DNA from: Thermoprotei archaeon
GTDB lineage: Archaea; Thermoproteota; Thermoprotei; Thermoproteales; B15-G16
Length of the DNA: 64,000 nt
Direction of reading: 5' to 3'
Assembly (NCBI GenBank): GCA_003649205.1
Contig: QMRC01000003.1
Span: forward strand, 64,001-128,000
The position numbers were made by a program, and so were the translations under genes. Within the stretch, counting starts at the first letter, position 1; each line of letters starts with the position of its first letter. The notes beneath the pieces were generated by a model. That model saw nothing but the letters and a program-made list of their open reading frames with translations. It made no database searches and was not told the DNA's origin. This document shows, in pieces, positions 37,180-46,985 of this stretch.

Positions 37180-38121
37180 TTGAGTTTCCTTCTATGTGAG
37201 GTGGTGTGGTTGGGAAATTTTATTGATGTGAGGAATGTGTGTAAGTCCTTCGGTTCGGTGCAAGCTCTTCGTGGTGTAACCTTTTCTGTGCCTAGGGGTG
37301 TGATCGTCGGTATTATTGGTCCTAATGGTGTTGGTAAGACTACTTTGCTGAGGATTCTCGTTGGTCAATTGAGGCCTGATTTTGGTACTGTTCGTGTTCT
37401 CGACTATGATCCTTGGGAGGAAGGATATGTGCTGAGGAGGTATCTTGGTTATCTACCTGAGGTTCCTGTTTTTCCACTTAAGGCTACTTGTTGGGAGGTA
37501 CTTAGGTTCTATGCTAGGTTGAGGGGTGTTAGGGAGGGTGAAGTTAGGAATGTTGTTCAGTTACTTGAGTTGGAGAAGTACTTAGGTGCTAGGATATCTA
37601 CTCTCTCACGTGGTGTTATTCAGAGGATTTCTCTTGCCTGTACTCTCATGGGTTCGCCACAGGTACTAATTCTCGATGAGCCTCTTACTCACGTTGATCC
37701 AGGTATGAGGATCAAGATCTTGAGGTACCTTAGGGAACTTCACGAGGATTTCGGTGTGGATGTCCTGATTGCTAGTCACATACTACCTGAACTTGAGTAC
37801 ATCTGTAACTACGTTGTTGTTCTATGTAGAGGTCTTGCTATGTGTAGCGGTAGTGTAGTGGATGTGTGTAGAAGATTGGGGTTGAGTGTTAGGGTGTGTG
37901 TAGCTGTTACACGTGATCTAGATGTGAGGAAGTTGTGTGATGAGGTAGGTAGGTTACAGGGAGTATCTGGTACGGTTGTGGATAGAGAGGGTATCACGTT
38001 CATTGTTGATCCTAGGTACTTGGATCAGGTCGTGAGTAAGCTACGTGAATTCGGTATTAGGAAGATAACGTACCTGTTCCACAACCTTAGTGAGCTATAT
38101 GTTAGAGCAGTTGGTGGTTAG
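37180..38121 (+). CDS. ABC-2-type exporter ATPase
   Basis: GPNGVGKTT, LSRG..QR, ILDEP, ASH.L.E. True start is probably near 37201-37210. Confidence 0.9.
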   Translation: MSFLLCEVVWLGNFIDVRNVCKSFGSVQALRGVTFSVPRGVIVGIIGPNGVGKTTLLRILVGQLRPDFGTVRVLDYDPWEEGYVLRRYLGYLPEVPVFPLKATCWEVLRFYARLRGVREGEVRNVVQLLELEKYLGARISTLSRGVIQRISLACTLMGSPQVLILDEPLTHVDPGMRIKILRYLRELHEDFGVDVLIASHILPELEYICNYVVVLCRGLAMCSGSVVDVCRRLGLSVRVCVAVTRDLDVRKLCDEVGRLQGVSGTVVDREGITFIVDPRYLDQVVSKLREFGIRKITYLFHNLSELYVRAVGG

Positions 38122-38995
38122 TATGTCTATGAGGACCTCACTTAGACAGTACCTGAAGCAGATGATCTACGTAGTTGTGTTCAGGAACACTGTATGTACG
38201 GGAGATCTCATAATCCTCGGTCTTGCTCTTGCTGTATTCACGGTAGCTGTCCCCCTCTACACAGTGACATCGATATTCTCAACACAGCCTGTAGTGGATG
38301 CTCTTAAGTACATACTCGTAGACGTCATGACGCCAATGCTCGTGATGGTTTACTCATGGTACATAGCTGAGACCTACGTAACAACAACAGGTGAGGTAAA
38401 TGACTTAAGAGCACTCCTACTCTCACTACCGTACACGAGAAGGTTCATTGGAGTCACAACCTATCTAGACGTACTGATTACGTACACCATAGCGTACGTG
38501 TGCGCAGTAGTGACTCCATTCTGGTTAGTGCTCGGTAACTACATGGTGATGGTACTGAACTACATAGCTATCAAGTACACAGTGATCATAGTGGAAGCAC
38601 TGCTCTACACATCGCTATCACTAATCATCATGATGTTACTGAGTGAACAACGTGAAAGTTTAAGGAAGTACACAGCCCTTGGAGTATGCCTACTTCACTA
38701 CGTAGTTTCGAGGTACGTGTGGGCTCTCTACACTACGGCATTACCTGAAGTAGATCTCAAGCTAACTATCTCGACATCAGCACTCCCCATAGATGAGGCA
38801 CTAGCTTACTACGTACTATGTAACGTACTAGGTCTGAAGTTTAGTGGTGTTAGGTGTAGAGGACTTGCATGCATATCAATACCCATGAGTACTGCAGCTA
38901 GTAACCTCTTCATCATTGTACCCATGATCTTGCTTACTTTACTTGTGCTATCTGCTCTGTACCTAGTTGCTAGGAGATTGGAGGTGGTTAAGTGA
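38090..38995 (+). CDS. ABC-2-type permease-like membrane protein
   Basis: About 6 TM segments with E...G.++.LLSLP.TR; directly follows the ATPase. Confidence 0.7.
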   Translation: MSYMLEQLVVSMSMRTSLRQYLKQMIYVVVFRNTVCTGDLIILGLALAVFTVAVPLYTVTSIFSTQPVVDALKYILVDVMTPMLVMVYSWYIAETYVTTTGEVNDLRALLLSLPYTRRFIGVTTYLDVLITYTIAYVCAVVTPFWLVLGNYMVMVLNYIAIKYTVIIVEALLYTSLSLIIMMLLSEQRESLRKYTALGVCLLHYVVSRYVWALYTTALPEVDLKLTISTSALPIDEALAYYVLCNVLGLKFSGVRCRGLACISIPMSTAASNLFIIVPMILLTLLVLSALYLVARRLEVVK

Positions 38996-39681
38996 TGTTG
39001 AAGGCTTTGTCCTGTATACTCTTAGTAATAACAGCGATCATAGCTATAACCTATGTTCCGCAGTACTTCGGTTACTTCATACCTCCATACCCAATGCACA
39101 TATCGACAGGAACTAGCATAAACCTGAGTAGGTACAAACTACCTCCTATTCTAGTATGTGGTGTACAATACATTGATGTACCTAAATACCTCTCACGATT
39201 GGTAGAGGTTAGAGTTGGGATTGGTGTAGGGTGTCGATCTCCTGAGGGATTTAGGTGGTGGAGACCAAATGTTAGTGGGTTCATAGCATTGCTTCCCTCA
39301 GACGTTGCGTTGAAATTCTTCAATGTAACTCAATTGAGGGAAGGGGAAGGTGTTGTGAGTGGTGAAGAAGCTAAGATCCTTTACAGAAAGCTACTTAGTT
39401 ACCTCATTGGTCGTAGTTACTTCAATGGTAATGTAGCTACCTTAAGGGTACTGATCAGCAATAGCTCATACATTGTAGTGTATATTGAGGACTTTGAGCC
39501 AAAACCTAAGGTACCTAGGGAGGTATGTGTCTTGAGTATGAACGTTGATGTGAACGTTGGTGCTACTCCACGTGACCTGGTGATGTTTGTAAGCTCACTT
39601 GCAGTTACTTCAGTAGTGGCTATAGCTCTCTTTGTAATCGACGTACTGTGGAGGCGTAGGTGCCGGTATGTCTACTCGTAG
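38992..39681 (+). CDS. Membrane-anchored hypothetical protein
   Basis: N- and C-terminal TM helices flank a soluble domain; GTGA overlap with the upstream gene. Confidence 0.65.
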   Translation: MMLKALSCILLVITAIIAITYVPQYFGYFIPPYPMHISTGTSINLSRYKLPPILVCGVQYIDVPKYLSRLVEVRVGIGVGCRSPEGFRWWRPNVSGFIALLPSDVALKFFNVTQLREGEGVVSGEEAKILYRKLLSYLIGRSYFNGNVATLRVLISNSSYIVVYIEDFEPKPKVPREVCVLSMNVDVNVGATPRDLVMFVSSLAVTSVVAIALFVIDVLWRRRCRYVYS

Positions 39682-40435
39682 TGATGAGTATGTGAAGTTA
39701 GATGACTTAATGGATTACGTGTTCTCTGCTCTAGGTAGTTCTCAGAGGAGGAAGATACTGGAGGTTATTGCTGATGGTGGGTGCGTGTCACCAGGTGAAT
39801 TACTTAGGAGGTGTGGTATTCGTGATAGTAGTACGCTTAACTATCACCTATCTAGGATGAGGATGCTCATTGATAGGGATCCTCATAGTGGTGGTTATAG
39901 GCTTACACCGCTAGGTAGGTTAGCACTCGAGATGTTTAGGAGCTTTAGGTCTGTTCTCGCTACTACGATACCTTACCTAAGGGGTGTGGAACCTATCATA
40001 GTGATTAAGCCTAGGTGCTTACCCTACTTAGTTATTGTGCTCACGCTACTAGCTCTAGTACTCACTACCTTACTCACTGTATTCAACATCTTCCTCCTGA
40101 TGCTATTTACTGTTGGTCTCCTCTATGCGGGGTACAGGTTGGTCACTAGCTACTGTACGAGGTACGTGGTATCTAGGTACTTTGTTCTCGTGATGAGAGA
40201 TTTCACGATGTTTCGATGTAGACGTGTTCTGTGGGGTAATATTGTTGGTTTTTCTTTGAGTAATAATCCGCTAGCATCAGCTCTGAACTTGACATTCCTG
40301 AATCTACTCATTACTTCAGGTGGTAACTTCGTTAACTTACCAGTTGGTTATGTTGAGAGGTCTAGTGATGTGATTACTGAGATCAGGATGTTAGTAGGTT
40401 TCTCTCATGTCCTCAACGTTTATCTCCCTCATTGA
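39668..40435 (+). CDS. ArsR-like wHTH regulator with C-terminal TM region
   Basis: FSALGSSQRRKILE, STLNYHLSRM, YRLTPLG, then two TM helices. Confidence 0.8.
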   Translation: MSTRSDEYVKLDDLMDYVFSALGSSQRRKILEVIADGGCVSPGELLRRCGIRDSSTLNYHLSRMRMLIDRDPHSGGYRLTPLGRLALEMFRSFRSVLATTIPYLRGVEPIIVIKPRCLPYLVIVLTLLALVLTTLLTVFNIFLLMLFTVGLLYAGYRLVTSYCTRYVVSRYFVLVMRDFTMFRCRRVLWGNIVGFSLSNNPLASALNLTFLNLLITSGGNFVNLPVGYVERSSDVITEIRMLVGFSHVLNVYLPH

Positions 40436-43400
40436 GCAACTTTACTGTGGTGACTACTTAGTGCATGTAGTTCGCAGTGAGGCTTTTCTCAGGGAGTTAG
40501 GGTACAGCTTCAGTACCTACGTTACTGAAGGTGAGGAACCTGAGAGAGTAGATGTTAAGTTCTGTGACTTAGTACATGAACTCAGTAGTTGTCCAGAAAC
40601 TCGTGAGCTTGCGTATGAGAGGCTGTATAGGCATCAGTGGGAGGCCTTGAACTACTTGGAGCAGGGCTACAACGTCATATTGAAATCAGGTACTGGATCT
40701 GGGAAGACTGAGGCTTGGGTCATGTACTTCCTACGTAGAGCTAAGGAGGGTGGTCTCAGAGCAATTGCTCTATACCCTACTCTAGCTCTAGCAAATGATC
40801 AGATTAGGAGAATTGAGCGTTATGCTAGAGCTGTTGGTATTAAGGTTCTCCAACTAGATGCTCCTAGAAGAGATGAATTGATCAAGAAGTTAGGTTCTCA
40901 TGGTTTGAGACGTGAAGTGAGTACAGCTAATTTGGTGATCACTAATCCTGCGTATCTTCTTCATGAGGTTAAGAAACTTGTACTCAATCCCTCAAGACCA
41001 TACCTCTACCATTTCTTCAGGAAACTAGATCTAGTAGTTATCGATGAGCTGGACTTCTACGGTCCTAGGAGCTTAGCTCTACTACTTGCTATGCTTCGTG
41101 TAATTTCAATGTTTAGTGAGGTGAAGCCACAGGTCGTTATCTTGACGGCTACTCTAGCTAATCCAGATGACATAGGACAGTACCTACGTGAAGTAACTGG
41201 AAGAGATTACAGAGTTGTTGAGGGTAAGCCGTTTCATGTCAAGAACTTCACCTACGTAGTTCTCGGTAAGAACTTAGAGGGTATTTGGAGGAAGTTAAGT
41301 GATCTGTACAGTAAGTTAGCTACGAGAGGTGACATTGATGGAGAGGTACTTGAAGCACTTAAGGACTTTGAGAAGTTCCGTAGGAATCCACATAGGGTAC
41401 TTGCTTACTTAAGTGCTCTCGGGTTTGAAGTACCTACCTTAGGTATTGACCTATGTGAGATATTGCAAAGATATGTGGAGGATGATGGTGTTACCTTAGT
41501 CTTCACTAGGAGTATTGCTAGAGCTGAGGATATTGCTAGGAAGTTAAAGAGTTCACTTGGTGATAAGGGTGAGCTGGTAGCTACTCACCATCACTTAGTT
41601 CCTAAGAAGGTTCGTGAGGAGATTGAGGAGAGAGCTAGGAAGGGCTTAGTTAAGGTAATCGTTAGTCCTCGTACACTTACTCAAGGTATTGACATAGGTA
41701 CCGTAGTTAGGGTTGTTCACGTTGGTCTTCCTGAAGATGTTAGGGAGTTCTATCAGAGGGAGGGGAGGAAGGGTCGTAGGAGAGACATTCCGTTTACTGA
41801 GACATTGATCATACCCTCATCTAGGTGGGATTGGGAGTTACTGACTAAGGGTAGTGAAGTACTTGAGAAGTGGCTTAAGCTACCACTGGAGAAGACCTTG
41901 GTGAATCCCAGTAACGACTATGTGAAGCTATTTCTAGCATTGGCTAAGTTGTTATCACCCTGGATGAGGGTTCCTCTAAGTGATGATGAGGTGAAGTTAC
42001 TCAAGGACTTAGGTGTGTTACGTGGTGAGAAGGAGATTAATGAGAGGTTGATTAAGTACATTTGGGAGAGGATTAACTTCTACGAATTTGGACCACCTTA
42101 CGGTGTTAAGAGGTATCTCAGTGATGGAACTGAGGTAAAGGTTCTAGAACCAATCGGTAGGTGTGATCTTGTTGAGAGATTTCAGGTAGGGTGTATTGAC
42201 GTTGCTAATCTAGCTATGGTGACTGATCTGAAGCTGAGTAAGAGAGGTAGGTCTGTAACTGCTGTTCTCGAGCAACCTTTGAACTGCATTAACTTCTATG
42301 AGAGTGATGTGCTAGCTGATGCCTATGAAGAGTACATTCTTGTGAAGAGGGAGTGGGGTGAGGAGCCTAATTTCCTACGTGATGTGGTTAAGGGAAAGAT
42401 AACTTCACAGGTACATTGTGTTGTGTATCCACCTAGAATGGGATTTGGATTACTGAGGAAGTTACCTAACCGTGTAGTATGGATCATCACCTCTGAGAAG
42501 CCGAAGATAATTCAGGTTCAGAATAGGCATGTAGTTACGTACTCAAGACGAGCAATCTACGTACCTTCACTCTGTGTAGGTGAGTACCGTGACTACACAT
42601 ACGGTATTCTCGTGGAGGTTGATGAGAGGGAAGATCCTGTACTACTTAGGCTAGGGCTAGCATACATAACGATTATTTTGAGGAGAGTACTCGGTATACC
42701 TCTTGAAACCATACTGTATGGAGTGGAGAAGGTTGGTGAGAAGAAGTTCATCGAGCTACATGAACCTGAAGCCTCTGGAGTACTTCAGCTACTTGACTGG
42801 TCAAGTATACGTAAACTAGTTGATAGCTATGTACCTGATGACCTGGATCTAGTACTACTTAGTCAAGTTGATGAGGTAGCTTACTCTGATTTCATATCTC
42901 TGAACTGTAGCTGGGAGGTAGTTAGGGAAGCTGCGAAGAGAGTAATAGACTATCTTGAGCTAAGGCATAGACTCAGAGCAGTACTTAGAGGAAGAGAAAT
43001 CACAATTCCAAGACCTAGCAGAGGGTTGAAGTTAGTTACCTTTGACCTACTTATTCATGAGCTACCTGAGGAGAGGGTTAGGTTCCCTAGGTACCTGGTT
43101 GCCATAGCTTACTTTGATGGTGATGAAGTGAGGACTGTAGTAGAGACGTGTTACGGCACGACCTTTGTGAAGCCACCTGAAGTGTTGAGACTACTTGAGG
43201 TAGAGCTAGAGGAGTACGTGTACTACGATGGTTATCGACTACTTGTACCAGGTAGAGATGTCGTAGCTAGAGAACTTGAGGTAGTCCAATTGAAGAGATT
43301 GGTGAAGCTAGTTAAGGAGCATGGAGTTGATGTGTATGAGCATCTGAGGAACGCAGGTATTGAACCTACTTCAGTACCTACGATAATTGAGGAGCTTAAG

Positions 43401-43601
43401 GTACCTGAGTTAGAGCTTTCACTAGAGCCAAGTATAGAGACGGTACATAGCGTACTCACGAAGCTCACACAGGAGAGGAGAAGCGAATTAACACGGAATG
43501 AACGAGAACTAGTGGAGAGATATCTTGCTAATAGGGTGAAGGCACTGTACGTACTGTACCTACTCGCTGATAGCTTACTGTCTAGCAAGCAGAGTGGTTA
43601 A
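40407..43601 (+). CDS. SF2 DEAD/DEAH-box helicase (Hrq1/SftH/MrfA-like)
   Basis: LYRHQ, GTGSGKT, YPTLALANDQ, DELD, TAT, QGIDIG, QREGRKGR. Confidence 0.9.
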   Translation: MSSTFISLIEQLYCGDYLVHVVRSEAFLRELGYSFSTYVTEGEEPERVDVKFCDLVHELSSCPETRELAYERLYRHQWEALNYLEQGYNVILKSGTGSGKTEAWVMYFLRRAKEGGLRAIALYPTLALANDQIRRIERYARAVGIKVLQLDAPRRDELIKKLGSHGLRREVSTANLVITNPAYLLHEVKKLVLNPSRPYLYHFFRKLDLVVIDELDFYGPRSLALLLAMLRVISMFSEVKPQVVILTATLANPDDIGQYLREVTGRDYRVVEGKPFHVKNFTYVVLGKNLEGIWRKLSDLYSKLATRGDIDGEVLEALKDFEKFRRNPHRVLAYLSALGFEVPTLGIDLCEILQRYVEDDGVTLVFTRSIARAEDIARKLKSSLGDKGELVATHHHLVPKKVREEIEERARKGLVKVIVSPRTLTQGIDIGTVVRVVHVGLPEDVREFYQREGRKGRRRDIPFTETLIIPSSRWDWELLTKGSEVLEKWLKLPLEKTLVNPSNDYVKLFLALAKLLSPWMRVPLSDDEVKLLKDLGVLRGEKEINERLIKYIWERINFYEFGPPYGVKRYLSDGTEVKVLEPIGRCDLVERFQVGCIDVANLAMVTDLKLSKRGRSVTAVLEQPLNCINFYESDVLADAYEEYILVKREWGEEPNFLRDVVKGKITSQVHCVVYPPRMGFGLLRKLPNRVVWIITSEKPKIIQVQNRHVVTYSRRAIYVPSLCVGEYRDYTYGILVEVDEREDPVLLRLGLAYITIILRRVLGIPLETILYGVEKVGEKKFIELHEPEASGVLQLLDWSSIRKLVDSYVPDDLDLVLLSQVDEVAYSDFISLNCSWEVVREAAKRVIDYLELRHRLRAVLRGREITIPRPSRGLKLVTFDLLIHELPEERVRFPRYLVAIAYFDGDEVRTVVETCYGTTFVKPPEVLRLLEVELEEYVYYDGYRLLVPGRDVVARELEVVQLKRLVKLVKEHGVDVYEHLRNAGIEPTSVPTIIEELKVPELELSLEPSIETVHSVLTKLTQERRSELTRNERELVERYLANRVKALYVLYLLADSLLSSKQSG

Positions 43602-43670
43602 GTACTGCTACATCAACCTAATGTAAACACTTCAGCTACTTCACCAAATACTATACTACAAATTCACACA

Positions 43671-44618
43671 TTACATTATGTACTGCTCACCGAGGACTCT
43701 GCTCTCACCCACAAGGATTTTGTACATGTAGTTCTTGATGAGGAGTGCTTTACAGAGACTACACAGATCCATAGTCTTTGAGTCAACATCCATTACTGAA
43801 TTGACGTAAGCCATTACACAACGACTATTGGGACAATCAGGTAGTCCAAGGTGGTGGTATACTATGTGCAGAAGCTGCTTCCTTATTCTCTCCCTAGTCA
43901 CTTCCGGTACTTCCTCTGCACCGTAGAAGCTATTGTGTAGTCTAGCTGTTGAGAATACCGCTATAGATGGTTCAATGGGTTTATTCTGAAGGCTAAAGAC
44001 GAAGTTCAGGTTTCCACTGTAGATATCTGCAGAGGTGAACCCTATGAGGAAATCACAACTAATATCTCTCTTCACCTTTTCGAGAGCATCCAAGACGATC
44101 TCAGCTCTATACTGATTCCTACCTGGATCATATGCTTCACTGGGCATCTCCATAGGTTCTAACTCCTTAATTATGAATCTTGGAAATACCTCTTTCACAG
44201 CTGCCATAGCAATCTCTAGGTCTCTCATATCGAAGGGTTTTAGCGGCTTGAATGCTATGGTCCTACTCATGGTCTCTACATAATCTCTAGCTCTCTTCCA
44301 CAAATCATAGTACTTCTCAATCACGGTACTGGGAAGAGCTAGGTGTTCTAGGTATGGTCTAGGGTCTTCACACGAAGTAATATCCACGAATACTACGTTA
44401 CCTGACTCATCCTCAAAAACTATTACATAAACATGTTTAGCAGGATCTGTAAGTACTTTGTATCTGTACCTGTATGTATGAAGAGACATGTCAACTATCT
44501 TCAGTACATTATTGAGATACCAGATAATTTCACTGAACTTTAGCACCTTACTTAACTTCTTATAGATGTGGGATGGTTCAATAGCTGGTATTGACAAGGT
44601 AGATCCCTCACACATCAC
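43671..44618 (-). CDS. Archaemetzincin (M54)-like protein with N-terminal extension and degenerate zinc motif
   Basis: AYD..RNQY, DIY...LNFVF, STARL, R..K...H...H.LGL.DC.N.RCVM..NS..DVD.K...C..C. Confidence 0.8.
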   Translation of the reverse strand: MMCEGSTLSIPAIEPSHIYKKLSKVLKFSEIIWYLNNVLKIVDMSLHTYRYRYKVLTDPAKHVYVIVFEDESGNVVFVDITSCEDPRPYLEHLALPSTVIEKYYDLWKRARDYVETMSRTIAFKPLKPFDMRDLEIAMAAVKEVFPRFIIKELEPMEMPSEAYDPGRNQYRAEIVLDALEKVKRDISCDFLIGFTSADIYSGNLNFVFSLQNKPIEPSIAVFSTARLHNSFYGAEEVPEVTRERIRKQLLHIVYHHLGLPDCPNSRCVMAYVNSVMDVDSKTMDLCSLCKALLIKNYMYKILVGESRVLGEQYIM

Positions 44619-44712
44619 CAGAAGAGTTAGTGGGTTACTCTTGAACTATTCCCTCATTCACATAGTTAGCTGTAGTACATAGATTTATAAATCCTAAGTA
44701 ACTACTCAATCT

Positions 44713-45051
44713 GGGCGCCCTAGGGCCGGTAGCGGGCGTCGGGGGGCTCCGGCGACGGGCCCCCTGAGGAAGCTCCACCAGGTAGCGGGGGCCGTGGCGG
44801 CGTAAGCCGCCGGGGGAAATCTCCGGGATAGGGTACAGAAACGAGACCCCTCCCACTGGATGTGGATGAGGTGGGATGGACCGCGGTAACGCGGTCCTAA
44901 CCACTGACAATGGTGGGAGGAGGGTGAGACGACCAGCCCACGGCAAAAGGGCCAAATAGGGGCCGATGAGGTCCCCGCACGAAGGCCCGGGTGGGCCCTG
45001 AGACTAATCCCGCAAGACAGAAGGTGGGCTACTACCGGCCCTAGGGCGCTC
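44713..45051 (+). ncRNA. rnpB: RNase P RNA
   Basis: GC-rich island; terminal stem of about 19 bp (GGGCGCCCTAGGGCCGGTAG / CTACCGGCCCTAGGGCGCTC); conserved GAGGAAGCTCC, CAGAAAC and ACAGAAGGTGGGCTAC; TTTATAAA TATA about 25 nt upstream. Confidence 0.95.
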
Positions 45052-45074
45052 AAATTAGTACTTCGTGATAACTC

Positions 45075-45626
45075 ATGATCAAGATATACGTCCTAGATTG
45101 GAGGCATTGTGATCCAGGTAAGTGCACAGGGATTAAGTTAGCGAGGAAAGGTCTAGCAGAGCGAGTATTCTCGGTACATGATTACCCTCCGAGAGCTATA
45201 GTACTCAATCCATATGCTAGGACTGTGTTGACGCCAAGTGATGTATCTATAGCTGAGAAGTACGGTATTGTTGTAGTTGATTGCTCCTGGAAAAGAGCAG
45301 AAGAGGTGTTTAAGAGAAGGTTGAGAGGTGTGCATAGGAGGTTGCCGCTCCTCTTCGCTGCTAATCCGGTGAACTACGCTAAACCGTATAGGCTCAGTAG
45401 TGTTGAGGCTATTGCAGCTGCTCTCTACATTCTTGGGTATAGAGAGCTCGCTGAGAGAGTGCTGTCGTTGTTTAAGTGGGGTCTTCACTTCATTGAGTTG
45501 AATAGGGAGTTACTAGATGAGTATGCTCGTGGTAACTTAAGTGCTGAGGATGAGATTCTGAAGAAATTGATGTCTGTAGATCGTAGTGGAGATTATGGAG
45601 AGATTGAGGATTCACATAGGTCTTGA
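45075..45626 (+). CDS. tsr3: 16S rRNA aminocarboxypropyltransferase Tsr3
   Basis: HCDPGKCTG.KL, DCSW, RRLP.L.AANPVNY..P..LSSVEA, FKWG..F..LN. Confidence 0.95.
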   Translation: MIKIYVLDWRHCDPGKCTGIKLARKGLAERVFSVHDYPPRAIVLNPYARTVLTPSDVSIAEKYGIVVVDCSWKRAEEVFKRRLRGVHRRLPLLFAANPVNYAKPYRLSSVEAIAAALYILGYRELAERVLSLFKWGLHFIELNRELLDEYARGNLSAEDEILKKLMSVDRSGDYGEIEDSHRS

Positions 45627-46941
45627 TGATACTGATTCTCCTAGAGCTGGTTGTACGACCTATGTAGCTCTCAATTTATGTCGTAGGTTAGTGGATATTG
45701 GCGTTGTATTTGCTGAGGTTCCTAGGTTAGTTAGGTTGAATCCGAATATTCCTTGGAAGACTAGAGGTAATGGTGCTGTTGCTCTTACGGTAGAGGTTGA
45801 GCCAGGTGATCTCGATAGGGTAGTTGATGTTGTTGATGGGGCTCTTCGCGAGTTCTCGGATGTTGAACATGGTAAGTCTGCTCCTACTGCTGTTCTCATT
45901 CCCGATCCAGTTCCTGAGGATGTTAAGTGGTTATACCGTAGGGCGCTGTACACTGTTGTTCCGCTTAGTGTTGTTGAGAGGATCTTGAGTAGAGTTCCTA
46001 TACGTGTTGTATCCGTCAAGAGGGGTAAGTTGAGAGGGTTAATCGGTGCTTTAGCTGCTGTTGGTGCGTACGATATGGAGGACTTTACCTATGAGTTCCT
46101 TGTATACCGTAGTCCTGAGAATTGGGGTCTTGAGAGGAAAGTCGTGTTTGAGTCTGTTCTCGAGTTTGATGAGGTTACTAAGTTTCTGACGTTCAATAAT
46201 GTTGATGAGGAGGGTGAAAGAGTGCTGATTACTCCTCATGGTCCTGATCCTGTTCTCTATGGTGTTAGAGGTGAGGATCCTCTAGTGCTGATTCACTCCC
46301 TGAAGTACATACGTGTTGAGGAGGAGGTATATGGTTGGTGTCTCTTTAGGACTAATCAAGGTACTGATGCTCATCTCTGTAACCTAACTACCTCAGTACA
46401 TCCCTACGACTCCATTACAGTACGTGGAGTAGTAATTGATGTACCGAGGGTACTACCTGGATCTCACGTTATTCTCAAGGTAGCTGTAGATGGTCGCGTT
46501 GTTGAGTGTTCTGTATATCGGGAGACAGGTATCTTGAGGAGTATGGCGCTCAAGTTACGTCCAGGTGATGTGGTGTATGTTATGGGTGGTGTGAGACCAC
46601 TACCTGGTGGTAAGTTGACTTTAAATGTCGAGAAGATCATCGTTGAGAAGTCTACTCCTAGGGTTGTTGAGGGTAATGTACCATGTCCACGATGTGGTAA
46701 GACAATGACCTCTCTTGGTGCTAGAGGTGGTGTTAAGTGTCGTAGATGTGGCTTCAGAATCAGCAGCATCAAGATCAAGTCTCTCAATTACGTTGGTGAT
46801 GAGGTATGTGGTACGTGGGTAGCAAGTAAGAGAGCACATAGACACTTAACTAAGCCACTGGAGCGATCTGGGTTGGAGCACCCGTGGATACACCACTGTC
46901 CTGTCGTTAAGTGGTTTTGTATATTAGATAAGGTTTATTAG
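45586..46941 (+). CDS. tiaS: tRNA(Ile2) agmatinylcytidine synthase
   Basis: IGLDDTDS...CTTY, LVRLNPNIPWKTRGNGA, PHGPDPVLYG.RG, TNQGTD, C-terminal CPRCG...CRRC, RHLTKP. Confidence 0.96.
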   Translation: MEIMERLRIHIGLDDTDSPRAGCTTYVALNLCRRLVDIGVVFAEVPRLVRLNPNIPWKTRGNGAVALTVEVEPGDLDRVVDVVDGALREFSDVEHGKSAPTAVLIPDPVPEDVKWLYRRALYTVVPLSVVERILSRVPIRVVSVKRGKLRGLIGALAAVGAYDMEDFTYEFLVYRSPENWGLERKVVFESVLEFDEVTKFLTFNNVDEEGERVLITPHGPDPVLYGVRGEDPLVLIHSLKYIRVEEEVYGWCLFRTNQGTDAHLCNLTTSVHPYDSITVRGVVIDVPRVLPGSHVILKVAVDGRVVECSVYRETGILRSMALKLRPGDVVYVMGGVRPLPGGKLTLNVEKIIVEKSTPRVVEGNVPCPRCGKTMTSLGARGGVKCRRCGFRISSIKIKSLNYVGDEVCGTWVASKRAHRHLTKPLERSGLEHPWIHHCPVVKWFCILDKVY

Positions 46942-46985
46942 GTACTCACATTACGACATTGAGCAAGCTCTGAAGGGTAACTGCG

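Noticed and set aside
44635-45053. Two GC-rich minus-strand ORFs (44635-44955, 44706-45053)
   Set aside because: They are antisense shadows of the RNase P RNA with atypical Pro/Arg/Gly composition.
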